From Octopus vulgaris (lineage: Eukaryota): a DNA stretch of 64,000 bases. The DNA is taken from NCBI GenBank assembly GCA_951406725.2, contig OX597821.1, positions 48,236,001 to 48,300,000 of the forward strand. The letters run 5' to 3'. The notes beneath the pieces are model-generated. The model did no database searches. It had not been told where the DNA came from and saw only the letters and a program-made list of their open reading frames with translations. Within the stretch, counting starts at the first letter, position 1. Every line of letters begins with the position of its first letter. The translations under genes and the position numbers were made by a program. Of this stretch, positions 63,820-64,000 are shown in pieces.

Positions 63820-64000
63820 TGTATGTATGTATGTATATATATATCTTGCCACCATCTCCCACCTCTCTCTTTCTTTTCTCTTGCTCTTACCTCTGCTGGG
63901 GTAACCATGTTTCTCCTTTACAGTAGTACATCTGTTTCTGTCTTCTTTCTTGTTAACTCTTTCTCCCTCTCTCTTCCTCTCTATTTGGCCAGATAACCAT

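Overview
AT-rich, microsatellite-dense eukaryotic DNA made almost entirely of transposable-element debris. The repeat spectrum (tRNA-derived SINEs, RTE LINEs with a (GAT)n tail, R4/Dong LINEs in (TAA)n, Penelope-like elements, mariners, Chapaev-type and Helitron remnants) suggests an invertebrate, most likely an octopus or other coleoid cephalopod. That assignment is inference. No host protein-coding gene, rRNA, true tRNA or CRISPR array is supported. The best-resolved structure is a Penelope-like element (PLE, Naiad-like) at ~25412-29250. It is bounded by inverted pseudo-LTRs that each carry an intact type-I hammerhead ribozyme with an enlarged stem II. Its RT is split by a 925-bp solo LTR with a 4-bp TSD whose removal restores the frame, and its ORF carries long Asn-rich in-frame expansions. 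Three fold-back hairpins (46-146 bp arms, one perfect) appear to be built from hammerhead-bearing PLE ends next to (TA)n/(CA)n. An RTE LINE carries a C4HC3 PHD-type finger inside its RT region. Boundaries of degraded elements are approximate and were read by eye; family names come from motif recall, not database searches.
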